Position numbers and translations under genes: made by a program. Below, piece after piece: positions 23,948 to 37,212 of a stretch of DNA of 64,000 bases. The DNA comes from Octopus vulgaris (taxonomy: Eukaryota), in contig OX597814.1 of the NCBI GenBank assembly GCA_951406725.2, positions 203,608,001 to 203,672,000 on the forward strand, given 5' to 3'. The notes below the pieces were generated by a model. That model did not search any database, had not been told where the DNA came from, and saw only the letters and a program-made list of their open reading frames with translations. Every line of letters begins with the position of its first letter. Position 1 is the first letter of the stretch.

Positions 23948-25018
23948 AGAGAGAGAGAGATGGATAGATAGATAAATAAATAAATGGAGTTAAACACAAG
24001 TGTTATTTAAATCTTTTTACTTTGAAACATATGTCAGAAGTAAAAAGATTTAAATAACACCTGTGTTCAGTTATCTATCTATATTATTCAAACATAAGTA
24101 GGCTGTCACATCCTTGGTGTGAATTTTTGCTACCCAGGTAACTATTTATTTTTTCTGTGTTATTTGTCAACACTGAAAAAACACATACATTTATATATAT
24201 ATATAGATAAAGACATATCATCATTGTCACATCATCATTTAATGTGTGTGTGTCTATGTTTCTGTCTTTCTGTCTTGACATCACGTGATTTCCAATATTC
24301 TGCAAAAACATGTCTGACTACCTTGCTTGGAAACAAGTAAGGGTTGGCAGTAAGAAAAGCATCCATCTTCTAAAAATCTACATCAGTAAACTTTGTCTGA
24401 CTCATGCAAGCATAGAAAAGTGGTTGTTAAAAAAGTGATGATGATGATGTAGTAATATAAAAAAAAAGCTCAGTTAATGTTACAAAAGAAACAAAAAAAA
24501 ACTTACTTTGTTAATTACTTTATCTAACACCTCAAAAATTTCATACTTATTAATTCAGACAGGCTAATTACATTTATTTTTGTCAGAATTAGAATGGAGA
24601 AATATAATTAATACTTGGCATAAATCAGAAATTCTGAGAAACCTTATAGAAATCTAGCAATTGTATTGGAAAGTTTTTGTTCAGTTTGATCTAGTAACAG
24701 TTTGAAAATATAGAATTAAAAATATCTTATGTTTCCACATTTCTATACTTTAATTGTCACAAGCTATTGAGTCACTCTACATTATTTTTTACAGAAAGCT
24801 TCTTCACATCTGGTGAGTTGTCATTTGGTAGATTTGCTTTAAGAAAACAGATGTTAACTGTAGTAGTAGTATGATGGCTGATGATAGGTCTAATAGGTTG
24901 TATATTGTGGTTTGAGGGAGATTTAGCTGATATTTATAGCAGGTCAAATGATCACTTAGTAGCTGTCCTCTTTGTTTTGTATCATGCTGTGGGTGGTATT
25001 TTGAGAAAGCAGAGAGGT

Positions 25019-25710
25019 CATCGTCATCATCATTTAATATCTGTTTTTGATACTGGCATGGGTTGGACAGTTTGACAGAAGCTAGCAAGACCAGGAGCCG
25101 CTCCAAGTTCCATTGTTTGTTTTGGTATAGTTTCTACAGCTGGATGTTGTTCCTAACACCAATCACTTTACAAAGTGTAGTGGGTGCTTTTTATGTGGTA
25201 CCATTGCCGGTGCTTTTTACATGGCACCATTGCCAGTGCTTTTTATGTGGCACCATTGCCAGTGCCTTTTGTGTGGCACCATCACCGGTGCTTTTTACAT
25301 GGCACCAGCACTGACATGGTCATCTTGTACCTTGCAAGACAAAAACCACTCAACTGGGATGGTGGGGAAGGAGTAGTGTTGAGGGTGGATTTGTGCCACT
25401 TGAGAGATCTAAGGTACAAAAGGACAGATATAGGTACCTTGTAGTGCAGATACATGGATATCCCAGTTAGAAAACAAGGGAGAGTGAGTTGGAGAATAAG
25501 ATAAAGTAACAGTGAGAGAGATGATGGTGGCAATGTGTCAAGATATACCCTCGAGGGACATTGGGGGTGGTAAGAATAGGTGAGGTGAAATAGAGGTTTG
25601 GGTTAGGTGAGTGGGCAGGATGAGGTAACTGTAGCAAATAGAGAGAAATATAGGAGAGGGTGGGAGTTGCAGTAGATTTGTGAGGGCACTGAGAGAGGAG
25701 GGCATTGAGG
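25019..25710 (-). mobile_element. RTE 3' UTR fragment with tandem units and long low-complexity segment
   Basis: (CAT)n start, reverse-complement tail, about 5 units gtgctttttatgtggcaccattgcc (25184-25310), then a purine-rich tract resembling the reverse of 57300-57900. Confidence 0.65.
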
Positions 25711-25714
25711 CTCA

Positions 25715-25902
25715 GGTACAGTTTACAGTTTGAGTTAGTGTGTTGGAAATATTGATTGTTGGTTCATAAAAGATTGTTGGTTCATTATGTGTTTGTTACT
25801 GCCACTGTTTCTATTTTGTATTGTTATAACACTGTTACAGTGTATTCTTTATCATCGACAACATCAACTGTACTACAATATTGGAGACATAAGGTTATAA
25901 CA
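25715..25902 (+). repeat. 5' LTR (5'-truncated) followed by a decayed primer-binding site
   Basis: Aligns to 29541-29713 and ends in CA. It is followed by tggcaacaatgat, similar to TGGCGACGAGGAT (complement of the tRNA-Ser(GCT) 3' end). Confidence 0.85.
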
Positions 25903-28900
25903 TCTGGCAACAATGATTTTTCAAAGTTCATGTAGGTTATTTGATAAATTGTGCATCATACAAATTGTTAAATCATGGAGAACCTATTAGCTGCAGTAAT
26001 ACAGCTTCAAGAGAAGCAACAGGAACAACTACAGGAGTTGCAGAAGCAAATATTACAACAACAACAACAACAATAACAGTTGAGTCACAGTCAAGGAAGT
26101 CCGAAAATTTGGTAAGTTTGTTTATGCCAGATGGCATAGCGAACTTGATTTCTGAATTCACTTATAATCCTGAGGAGGGTATCATGTTTCCTGTGTCCTA
26201 TAGAAGGTATGAGGAAATTTTAAACAAAGATTGAAAGTCATGATCAGATGAGGAGAAAGTGAGGCTCTTACAAAGCCAGGTAGCTTGGGCCAAGCATGAA
26301 AGCTGCTGTAACTTTATATTGCCTAAAAAGTCGATATTTTTAAATCCCTTATCTTCATACAAGGTCTTATGGCAGCTGAAGACAGAGAAATTTGGGCAAG
26401 GATTCTCTCAAAAATGGAGTAGGCAAACCAAGACTTAACCATAAAGACCATTGCAGAAGAATGTTAAACAATGATAAACCTGAAGCACGACATGAAAATA
26501 TTCAAGAGAAAGATTCCGCAAAAATTGAGTGCCGGGCCTCAATCCATGTTATGGATGTGGAGGCCTACACTTCAGAAAAGAATGTCTGTTTAAAAACTGA
26601 AGACACTATAGTTGTCAGAAACTTAATCACAAGAGCTCACACTGCAGGACAAGATTATGAGGGTCAAACACAAAAAGTTCTAAGGTGCTTTCAGCAGAAA
26701 GTGAATGTGACACAAAAACCAGAAAATTCATACATGTAAAAATAAAGGGTGTAAATATTAAACAACAGTTGTATACAGGTAGTGGAATTTCAATCATAAA
26801 TGTGGATACATGGAAAACAGTCAGGAAACAGCAAAAATTGTGCATGGTGTGATGGGTAATAAATTACATTTCATGGGTGAAATGTGTACAAATATTACAC
26901 TTCAAGGAGAAACAGGCGAAGCAAAAATATTCATTGTGGAGAAGACACTTTATCTGTCTGGTACAAATTGGTTGGAGTTATTTGACTTATGGCACTTCCC
27001 TGTATGTCTCTACTGTAAAGACATAAATGGTTGTCCCGTTAAAATTAAATCATCTGAGGAATTGAAGAGAAAATTGAAAAAGATGTTTCCTCAAGTACTA
27101 TTGGAAGACTTAGCTCTATGCAAAAAGACTGAAGCCTGTTTTCAAGTAAGTGAAAACGCTGTGCCTGTATTTAAATCTAACAGAAAACGGCCATTCACAG
27201 CAATTGAAATCGTAAATGAAGATTTGGACAGACTGGAAAAGAGTGGATTACTCTAAGTGGGCAGCACCCACAGAGTGCATTAAAAAGAAAAATAATAAGA
27301 TTAGGCAGTGTGCCAATTTCTCTTAGAATTGAACGATTGCTTAAAGACATGCCACCATCCACTCCTGACACCAGAGGACATTTTCACAAAATTAGATGGT
27401 GGAAAAATTTTCTCCGAATTGGATTTGTCTGATGATTATTTACAGATTAAAGTAAATGACAAATGCTCAAAGTATCTGACAATAAATACACACAGAGAAT
27501 TGTACAGACATACCTGGTTATCTTTTGGATTAATGATTGCACCGGCAGTATTTCAGCAAATCATGGGCGCTATCTTATCTGATTGTGAATTTGAATCCCT
27601 CCCTATTTGGATGATATATTGATTAAGAGTGATTTGCATGAACTGCCTGTGGGGTATATAGGAGCTGTGTTCAAGAAAATTAAAGAGTACTGCTTCACTT
27701 TGAGTCAAGAAAAATGCAAATTCTTTTTGCCTCAAATTAAGTACTTAGGGCAAATAATTGATGAAAATGGTTGACCCGTCGAGGGCAGACGCAATAAAGA
27801 ATATGCCTGCTCCAACAAATATACCAACATTACAAGCATTTCTTGAGCTGGCAAACTACTACAAAAACTACATTCCTAACATGCACAAATTAAGAGTTCC
27901 ATTAAATGACTTAAGAAAGGAAGTAAAGTGGAATTGGTCGGTTAGATGCCAAAATGCATTTGAAGAAATATAAAAAATTCTAAATGCAGATTTGTCTCTA
28001 GCGTATTTTGATCCTGAAATGGACATTGTTGTAGCATCTGATGCTTCAGATTATGGAATAGGAGCAGTTTTGCTACACAAGTATAAAGATGAAAGTTCAA
28101 AACCAGTGATTCCTGTTTTGCATTTGCTGATAGCAGCAGAGAAAAAATACAGTCAGATAGAAAAAGAAGCCCTATCGATTATCTTTGCTGGGAAAAAATT
28201 TCACAGGTTTCTACATGGCAGATGTTTTGTTACAAACAAATCATCAACCATTACTATCAATTTATGAGTCAAAGAAAGGGTTACCTACCCTTACGGTGAA
28301 CCGACTACAACATTGGGGTATAATATTACTAAATTACAATTTCAAAATGCAGTATATTCCATAAAAAAAAAAAAAAATTGGTCATGTGGACTGTCTATTG
28401 AGACTAATTCTCCAAAATATGAAACCACTGGAAGATACCATGATAGCTGCACTACAGGCAGAAAATGCAATAAAAAGTATTATGTCTAATGTTGTCCTAG
28501 AACTGCCAGTGACTGCACAGGATATAAGAATGAAATCTGTAGGTGATGAGTATATCATGAAAATGAAGGAAGCTTTAAAAAAGACGCAGAATAAAAATAC
28601 AAATTCGAGTAGTTTCTCAATATGTGACCATATTTTGATGTATGTGCAGACAGTTGTAGTACCGACTACATTACAAAAATGTGTATTTCAGCACTTCCAC
28701 AGTGGACACCCGGGAATGTCGAGGATGAAAGCTCTGATGAGTATCTACATCTGTTGGCCAATTACGAACTGGAATATTGAAAATTTGGTGAGAACTTGTC
28801 GAGGTTGCACACTTGTGGCCAAAGCCCCACTGGTAAAGTATCAATTGTGACCGGAGAAGCCATGGTTTAGGTTACATATCAACTATGCCAGACTAGTGAA

Positions 28901-29434
28901 TGGCACTTACTATCTAATCATGGTAGATGGCTGTACAAAGTGGCCAGAGGCTTGCAGGTGCAATAAACCAACTGCTAAGACAACTATAAAGTTCCTATAT
29001 GAATTGTTTGCGTGATATGGTGTTCCAGACACGTCATTTTCTGATAATGGAATGCAATTCTTGGGGTATGAATTCAAAAACTTCTGTAAAATGCATGTGG
29101 TAAAGTATATTTTCACTCCACCCAACCACCGAAGGTCAAATGGGCAAGTAGAAAGATTTGTGGACACGTTCAAAAGAGCATTAAGAAAAGCTAGGAACGA
29201 ATTAAGTAAAGATGAAGAACGGAGAGAAATTCCTATGGAAGTATTTTTTCATGTATTCAATGTCCCAGCACTGAAAGTAATGGAGCCCTGTTGAACCAGC
29301 ATGAGAAAATGGAAGCAGACCGAACACCTTGAGAAAAAGATATTAATAACACCAAGTGAAAGAGATATTAACAAATAATAATAATATATAAAATTTCTTT
29401 ATTCCTTTGGAACTCGAAATCTCAAAAGGGGAGA

Positions 29435-29713
29435 TGTGGCAAGAGTATGACACCTTCTGATGAGAATAGACTGGACCATTACATATGAATAGTAGCAGTG
29501 TGACATAGTTAGCAGTTCATAGTTTGGTCTTTGAAGTCCGGGTACAGTTTACAGTTCAAGTTAGTGTGTTGGAAATATTGATTGTTGCTTTGTTGCATGT
29601 TTGTTACTGCCACTGTTTCAATTTTGTATTGTTTATAACACTCACAGTGTATTCTTTATCTATCATCGACAATATCAGCTGTACTACAATATTGGAGGCA
29701 TAAGGATATAGCA
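29435..29713 (+). repeat. 3' LTR (TG...CA) preceded by a polypurine tract
   Basis: PPT aaaaggggaga (29424-29434), then tgtggc...atagca. Confidence 0.9.
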
Positions 29714-30518
29714 AGTAATAAATATATTCACTACTTTTACACTAAAAATGTAATCTTGTCCATTCTATCAGTTAGTTTGAATTATTTGGTGGCATGACAG
29801 AAATGGTAGAATATCTGGTTTAATATGCCACACCATATTTAGATTCTGACTTTAAAATCATACTGGGTAGAAAAAATATGTACTAGATATACTCTGAGGT
29901 TGATTCAGTTACCTATATTACTTCATTACAAATTTGTATATTATTAGAATTGTATATAGTTACTTTTGAAACTTTGGCATATTTCTGTCAAATATTATCA
30001 AGTTTTATTTCATTGGCTATCTAATAATATAACATGAAATTGTCATATAGAAACTGAAATATTTGTAAAACAATCTGATAAGGTAGGAAAATTGAGATTT
30101 TCTGTGGACCTTTATAGATGTTATCACTGTCAACTAGATATCCTTATACAGCACTGCTCACAATGTGCTTCCATTCCTGTCTTGATTGTATTCTTCTCTT
30201 CCATTTGGAACTCAGTTTTTTGGGCTACCATCTTCCCATCATTTTTACCATCTGACTAGTCTTATCTCTTGGATACCATATTACAACTGAATGGATCTAC
30301 TTACCTGTCTATGGACCTTTCAATATTTCTGGCTTGGTGGAACTTTGTGCTTTTAGTGTTTCATGATCGCCTTGTTCACTCCTCTCTCTTTGTTTTGGAT
30401 ATGGTCCTAGATTAATAAAAGATATGGATAGACAGTTCCAAAGCTATGCAGTTCTGAGGAGTAACTTCTAATTTAATTGGTGTGGGTTTTGTAAGAGAAA
30501 TGTAGTCGTGACAGCTAA

Positions 30519-30717
30519 CCCTTTAGCATTCAGATGTAAAACTTATTTATTCACAGTTTTGAATTAATCTTGCATTTATCTCATACCTTCAAGATGTTGA
30601 CGACATGATTGTTTAGTTTTAGAATGACATTGTAGGGTAGTTGTGAGAGGCAAAATCTGGCTGATTTGAACATATAACATATTTGGGCTGGATATGGTCA
30701 GTTAAAATGCTTAGGGG
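30519..30717. mobile_element. TTAA-type (piggyBac-like) MITE
   Basis: ctaa|ccctttagcatt ... aatgcttagggg|ttaa: inverted termini with a TTAA-like TSD. Confidence 0.7.
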
Positions 30718-33009
30718 TTAAAGTGAAGGGTAAAACAAAGAACTTTGACTGGAGTTTTGAGAAGAGAAGACATTGTTAAAATAATAGAATAAATGATAGA
30801 GCATTTTGGGAGCCAGTGTGATTATGAGTGAACTTCTGTTTAATAGTTGAATGGCTGTCTTCTAAATTGTGTGAAGTTCTCAAACATGAGAGCTGCACTT
30901 AATATTAAGGAGTGAATCCTAGACATTTTATAACAGGGCAAAACATCTTTGGTTTTTGAAAAGGAACCAAATTCTTCATGGGATCATCTTAACCATTTTA
31001 AATGTAGAAGTTTTTAGAGTTTGTATTTTGGTATTATTAGACACTATTTGAATGGTACCTTTTAGGTAGAAAGTGGATACATGTTAAATAATAAAAGTAG
31101 TGTGATTAATGCTGCTGGCAAATAAATGAGTGGTACAGACAAATGAAGGTACCCTGTGAGATCACACTTCCTAAGAGAAAGAGCAGCCAGATCTCCCTCA
31201 AATTTCACCTTCCTTTCTTGGAAAGAGGAAACTCATTAGTTAATAATAGAACAGATGACATAACATTTTAAAAGTCAATGTTTATGAGTGAATTTTTATT
31301 TGAATAGCTTTGGATTATAAATCAGCTTAATCTAGAATGACTAAGATAAGCAATGTCTAAGAGAACACCAGGGCTATTCAATGGTTGGAACACAGTGGAT
31401 CATAGATCTGCTTAATCAGGAATGACCTAGGGCTGAATAAAAACAAGAACAAAGTGAATGATGGACATGTAATGAAATGTGTTTCCTTATAAAGTGGAGA
31501 TAAAAGAATGTCAAAAGTTACAACCCTAGGAGACATCAAAGTAGATGGCAATAGATATAGAAATTACACCAATTTCTTTCTTTTCCTGTTTTCTTTGTAT
31601 TTTTCTTTTCTTCTCATATGCAACTGGCTCTATCTGTGTACCTAATGATTCTTATCCAAACCAATGAGGGAGCCATTGTGCTGCCACTTATCTTTTAGAA
31701 ATAGCAGCCAAATCTTCCTCAGATTGCACCATATTGGCTTCAACAAATAATTGATTAGCTGTTCATTGATGGAATGCTTTTGATAATTGGTTTGGTCAGT
31801 CAGGACTGACCTGCACTGTTGAAACTTAGGAATGTAGTATTGGTTATATATCCATTTTGAATTATATATGCTAAAGAAGGAATTGCAAAGGGGTATTTGC
31901 AGCTTCCTTCTATTTTTAGTTAATATACTGAAATTGATTTATAGTTTTAATAGTGTTATTGTAAATTTGAGATAATTTCAACCTTTATTTTATAAGTGAT
32001 ATTAATAAAATGAATGGAATGTATTTGCAATCAACACCAAACTCTTATTTATAAGCCTCTTATCTTCAGCTTTCAACTACCCATGCCTAATATGGATGCA
32101 CTATATGCTGTATAATATATGGAATCTTTTTTCTTCAGAAAGGCTGTCTTTTAAGCCAGCAAATGCAGCAAATTAGATATATTTTTACATCAAACTAATG
32201 CTGTTACAATAGATCTAAAATTAGAGCAGCATATTTGATTTTGCTATGTAATACCCTTTAGGTACTGTAGTAATATAGAAAGTATTAGTATTGTTGCAAT
32301 CACTGTATAGCAAAAGGTATGTTTTTGGTAGGCTGATACTGTAATGTGGTTTCAATTCCCAGTTGAAACTATTACATTTCACCTAAACAACTATTCCCCT
32401 TGGAAAAGACATGAACATCTCTTCCCTCTCTCATAATATTTTGAGACTTCTTAGCTTTTAAAAAATATTATTAAAATCCTGAATTACTTTCATTACAGTG
32501 TAGTGAAATGAAAACAAAAGCATCAGACCAAAAGTTTTTCTAAGTTTTGAATTTAACATTTGCTTTTTGTCTCATCAGTTGATAAATTATGTACCAGGTC
32601 AGTTTTATTATCTGTGTGCCCAACAAATTTGTAACCTTGTACCAATATGAAAAATCAAGACAGTGGAGTGGCAAAAATGTAGGGTGCTAGATTTTAATAT
32701 CTTTCAAAAGCCATAAACAACTTTGTCATTCATAGCTGTGTTCTATAAAATACCAGGCATGAACTGGGATCACTTGAACTGACTATACCTTTTGACCTAC
32801 ACATTTGTGGCTTCTTGCCAATGCAAGAAATTATTGTTCTTGTAAAAAAAATTATGGATAATTTCCAAAAATCTTTATCCTGGCATTAGTGTAGGGTCAA
32901 ATGTGTTCTTTTATTTTAATGAATCTATTTATATTTTTGCATTATAAAATATATATTTCTTTCTAACCACATTTCTGATTTCTCATCAATTCTGTATAAT
33001 TAATGGATG

Positions 33010-35045
33010 GTGGATGGTTGGCAGAATCATTAGAATATCAAGCTAAAATGCTTTGCAGTATTTCTTCTGGTTGTTCACATTCTAACTTAAAATTCTGCTG
33101 AGGTCAACTTTGCCTTTCATCCTTCCAGGATCATGAAAATAAAGTACCAGTCAAGTACTGGGGTTGATTTGTCTTAGTCCTCTTAAGCCTTATTTCTAAT
33201 TTAGAAACAGTAGTGGATTGAATAAAATGCTTCGCAGCATTTCTTCCAACTCATACATTCTATGATTTCAAATCCAAATGTAGTCAGCTTTACCTGTCAT
33301 CCTTTCAGGATCAGTAAGGTACAGGTTTAAGTATTGAGGTCAATATAATCAATTAATCTCACCCCTGCAAAATTGTTGGCCCTGTGCATCATCATCATTT
33401 AACATCTGTTTTCCATGCTGGCATTGGTTGGACAGTTTGACTGAGGACTGGCAAGTTAGAAGACTGCACCAAGCTCTGCTGTCTGCTTTGGCATGGTTTC
33501 TGCAGCTGGATGTCTTTCTTAATGCCACCCACTATACAGTGTACTGGGTACTTTGTGTGTGGCACCAGAAGCATTGGGGTCACCAAGTAACTTCCAGGAA
33601 AAATTCCTCAACTGGGGATAGTTTATTGAGGGACAGGAAAAGGTATCTTGCATTATGTTCTGAGTTTGAATGCTATTGTAGTTGACTTTGCTTTTCATCC
33701 TTTCGAGATTGATAAAATAAGTACTAGTTGAGTACTGGGGTCAATGTAATTGACTTATCCCCTCCCCATAACTTGCTGGCTTTGTACTAAAATTTGAAAT
33801 CATTATTATTATTATTATTATTGAGTGAGAGAGCAATGCATACCATCAAAGTGACATTGGGGTACAAATATAAAAAGCTCGATTGATGCATGCGATGTAA
33901 TAATTTCTCATACCTATTTCATCACCAATCAGTCTGTATCAGATTTTCATTATGAGGTTAACAAAAAACTAAGGAACGTAGGTTTTTCATTATAGTCATC
34001 ATCTGTTTTTACAAAGCTTAAGTAGATATGCCTCATCATGTTTTATTTTCTATGTTTTAATAAGTTGTTCAAAGGTTCTAAACCATCATTCTCTAGGGTC
34101 TAACATTCACTAGGGTTCAACATTCCAACATCTGGTATCAATCCTTCTTGAATCAGTGTCTGCCAGAATTATTAACAAGTTGGACAAAATACTTAGTGGC
34201 ATTCCACCAGTTGGGCACTGGGTTGATGTAATCAACTTACCCACTCTCTCAAAATTACTGGCCTTGTGCCAAAATTTGAAATTATTATTGTTATTGTGTG
34301 CCTTCCAACCCATACCTGCATGAAAAATGGACATTAAAGGATGATGATGATGTGAAAGCAGCACACACCATCACAGTGAAGCTGGGGTACAAATATACAA
34401 AGTCCAATATACTCATCATGACCACATGTCTGATAATGGTACACCAGCCATGTATTACAGCCATATGTGCATGGCATGGTGACCTCATATCAAGATAAAT
34501 AGTGCATGATTTTGCAGGTGGGACCCAGTTAGAATTTTCTTAGCTCATCCTGCTCAATAGGTCCCTGAATAAAGGTTGTTTAAGGATGATGAATGAAACA
34601 CCCATGTTTCCAGGAGTGAATCATTCAAACCATCCCCAAGAATCCCTCTCAACACATGGTTATGATACTTCTCCACTACTCCTGCTTTCAATCAAAGATG
34701 CACATACTGTCAGCCATTAAGGGACATGTTCAACTGGTGAAGGTCACGCAACTGAGAAGCATATCTGTGGTATTGAGCAGAATATTTGCTGCATCCCGTT
34801 TTTTACTCCAAGAAGTGTTAACATGTATGTGTTTCAAGCACTTGTTAACACTTCCAATTGTAGTGTTTCTTCTGGCTCATTACATTCTGAGCTCAAATCT
34901 CACAGAGGACAACTTTGTCTTTCATCCTTTCAGGGTTGATAAAATAAGCACCAGTCAAGTACTGTAATTGACTAGCTTGCTCCCCCTAAAATTGCTGGCC
35001 TTGTATCAGAATTAGAAAAGATTATTATTGTTGTGTTATTATTAT
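33010..35045. mobile_element. Dense cluster of SINE copies and fragments
   Basis: CORE-like SINE copies at about 33010, 33215, 33640, 34150 and 34850, and a minus RTE tail at 33387-33600. Another repeat starts at both 33822 and about 34340 (ccatca.agtga..tggggtacaaatata). Confidence 0.7.
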
Positions 35046-35820
35046 TAAGGTTCCTTTACACACAGAATATAGCACTATGTTATACTAACATACATCAGCT
35101 AATGTTATTGATGCTCATTTTCAAAAAAATTTTTATTATACATTTAACATTTAAACAATCATACTTATGCCTTTTCTCTGCAGCCATTGCAAATTCTCTG
35201 CATTTCGCACACATTATTATGCAGCTTCACTTTTCTAATAGATGCATCATACAATCTGCCTTTTATATGGTGGAGGAAATCCTTCTCTACCAACAGAGAT
35301 ATCTTGAAGTTCTGTCACTTTCTTATCTTAGATAGCAATTTCACTACCATTATCTTAAACATTGTCATGCAGCAAAAACTATCAGTTGGCATATTTCTGT
35401 GTGAACAAGGGATCTTTTCATGGTCTCTCAATTTAATCTATTGTCTACAATCTGCAATATGAAGTAAATAATGCTATTGTTGTGTTCAGTGTACAACAAA
35501 AAGTATACAGTATTTTTCTGCTAAAAATATGTTGTATAGCTGTGCTTGTTTGGCAGTTAGGTTAGTTGATATCAAATAGATGGAGAACACGGTACTCTCA
35601 TTTTTATAAACTTATATTTTTAGACTTATGTTATAGTCACATTATTTCAGCCATTCTACCCTCCAGCCTTCTTCAGGTGCTTGTTGTATTTGGTAATGTT
35701 TTCAGCATTTGGAACTGAGTCCTTTATTAAATCCACAGAGCAGATTGTTCATATAAGCTCAATCTTTGGATCATTGAAGCTAGATATATTCTGGTTGAAA
35801 TGCAATAAATTAGCAACATC

Positions 35821-37212
35821 ACATCATCATCATCATCGTTTAGCATCTGCTTTCCATGCTGGCATGGGTTGGATGGTTTGATTGAAGATTGGCAAGCCAG
35901 GAGGCTGCACCAGGCTCCAATCTGATTTGCCAATGTTTCTATAACTGGATGCTCTTCCTAACACCGGCCACTCTAAGAGTGTAATGGGTGCTTTTTACCT
36001 GCCACTGGCATGGGGGCCAGTCAGGTGGCACTAGCATCAACTATGCTCAAATGGAGCTTTTAACGTACCACCAGCATGGGAGCCAGTCAGACGGCACTGG
36101 TATCAACCATGCTCGAATGGTGCTTTTTGCATGCCACCGGCATGGGTGCCAGTCAGGCAGCACTGGCATCAGCTACAATTATGATTTCTCTTGACTCAAC
36201 AGGTCTTCTCAAGCACCACATATTGCCTGACAATTGAAGGGTATTTTTAAACGGGCCAGTTATGCAGCACTGGCATCAGCCACAGCTATGATCTCATTTG
36301 GCTTACCGGGTCTTAAGCATAGTGTATCTCCAAAGGTCTCTGTTGCTTGCCATTGTCTCTGTGGGACCCAGCATTCAAAGGTTGTGCTTCACCACCTCAT
36401 CCCATGTCTTCCTGGGACTACCTCTTCCACAGGTTCCCTCCACTGTTAGAGTGTGACACTTCTTCACACAGCTGTCCTCATTCATACGCAACACATAACC
36501 ATACCAGTGCAGTTGTCTCTCTTGCACATCACATCTGATGCTTCTTATGTCCAACTTTTCTCTCAAGGTGCTTACACTGAGTTGTGTATGTACACTGAAC
36601 ATACTAGTTTCATTTCTTTCAAGCCTACGCATGTCCTCAGCAGTCACAGCCTATGTTTCACTGCCATATAGCATGGCTGTTCAGACACAGGCATCATACA
36701 GTCTACCTTTCACTCTGAGTGAGAGGCCCTTTGTTACCAGCAGAGGTAGGAGCTCTCTGAACTTTGCTCAGGCTATTCTTATTCTAGCAGCTATGCTCTT
36801 AAAGCATCCACCCCTGCTACTGACTTGGTCACCTAGGTAATGGAAGCTAACAACTACTTCTAGTTTTTTCCCCTGGCATGTGATGGAATGTGTTTTCTAT
36901 GCATCTTTGGTGTTTATTGCCCCATGCATCTTCCACACACAAAAACTATCTTCCCGGTTAACCTTCCTTTGATATTGCTGCACCTCTTATGTGTCCATAG
37001 CTTACAATAGTTACATCTTATGGAGTTTCTACTACGCCTTTACTACAGATTGAGCAGGGTCATCTACTTGAAGGGATTTGTGATTTGTCTGCCTTCCTAC
37101 TTACTAAGACTTTGGCTTTTGCTAGATTGACTCTAAGGCCCTTCGATTCTAGACCTTGCTTCCACACCTGAAACTTCTCTAGTTTTTGTAGTGACTCAAC
37201 TATTAGAGCAGG
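35821..37212 (-). mobile_element. RTE LINE 3' portion (RT C-terminus and 3' UTR with tandem repeats)
   Basis: Minus strand KFRELLPLLVTKGLSLRVKGRLYDACV..TAEDMRRLERNETSM..LHWYGYVLRM..GRGSPRKTW. Repeats at about 35986-36170 and a (GAT)n tail at 35821. Confidence 0.9.

Larger units (their letters stand above)
25715..29713 (+). mobile_element. Ty3/Gypsy LTR retrotransposon (Mag-clade-like), degenerate
   Basis: Gag has two CCHC knuckles (CYGCGGLHFRKEC and YSCQKLNHKSSHC). Also protease LYTGSGISII, RT WAAP/LDLSDDYLQI/YLDD, RNase H DASDYGIGAVL..YSQIEKEAL and integrase HSGHPG..CRGC..SDNG..SNGQVERF. Order is PR-RT-RH-IN, with many stops and frameshifts. Confidence 0.95.
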
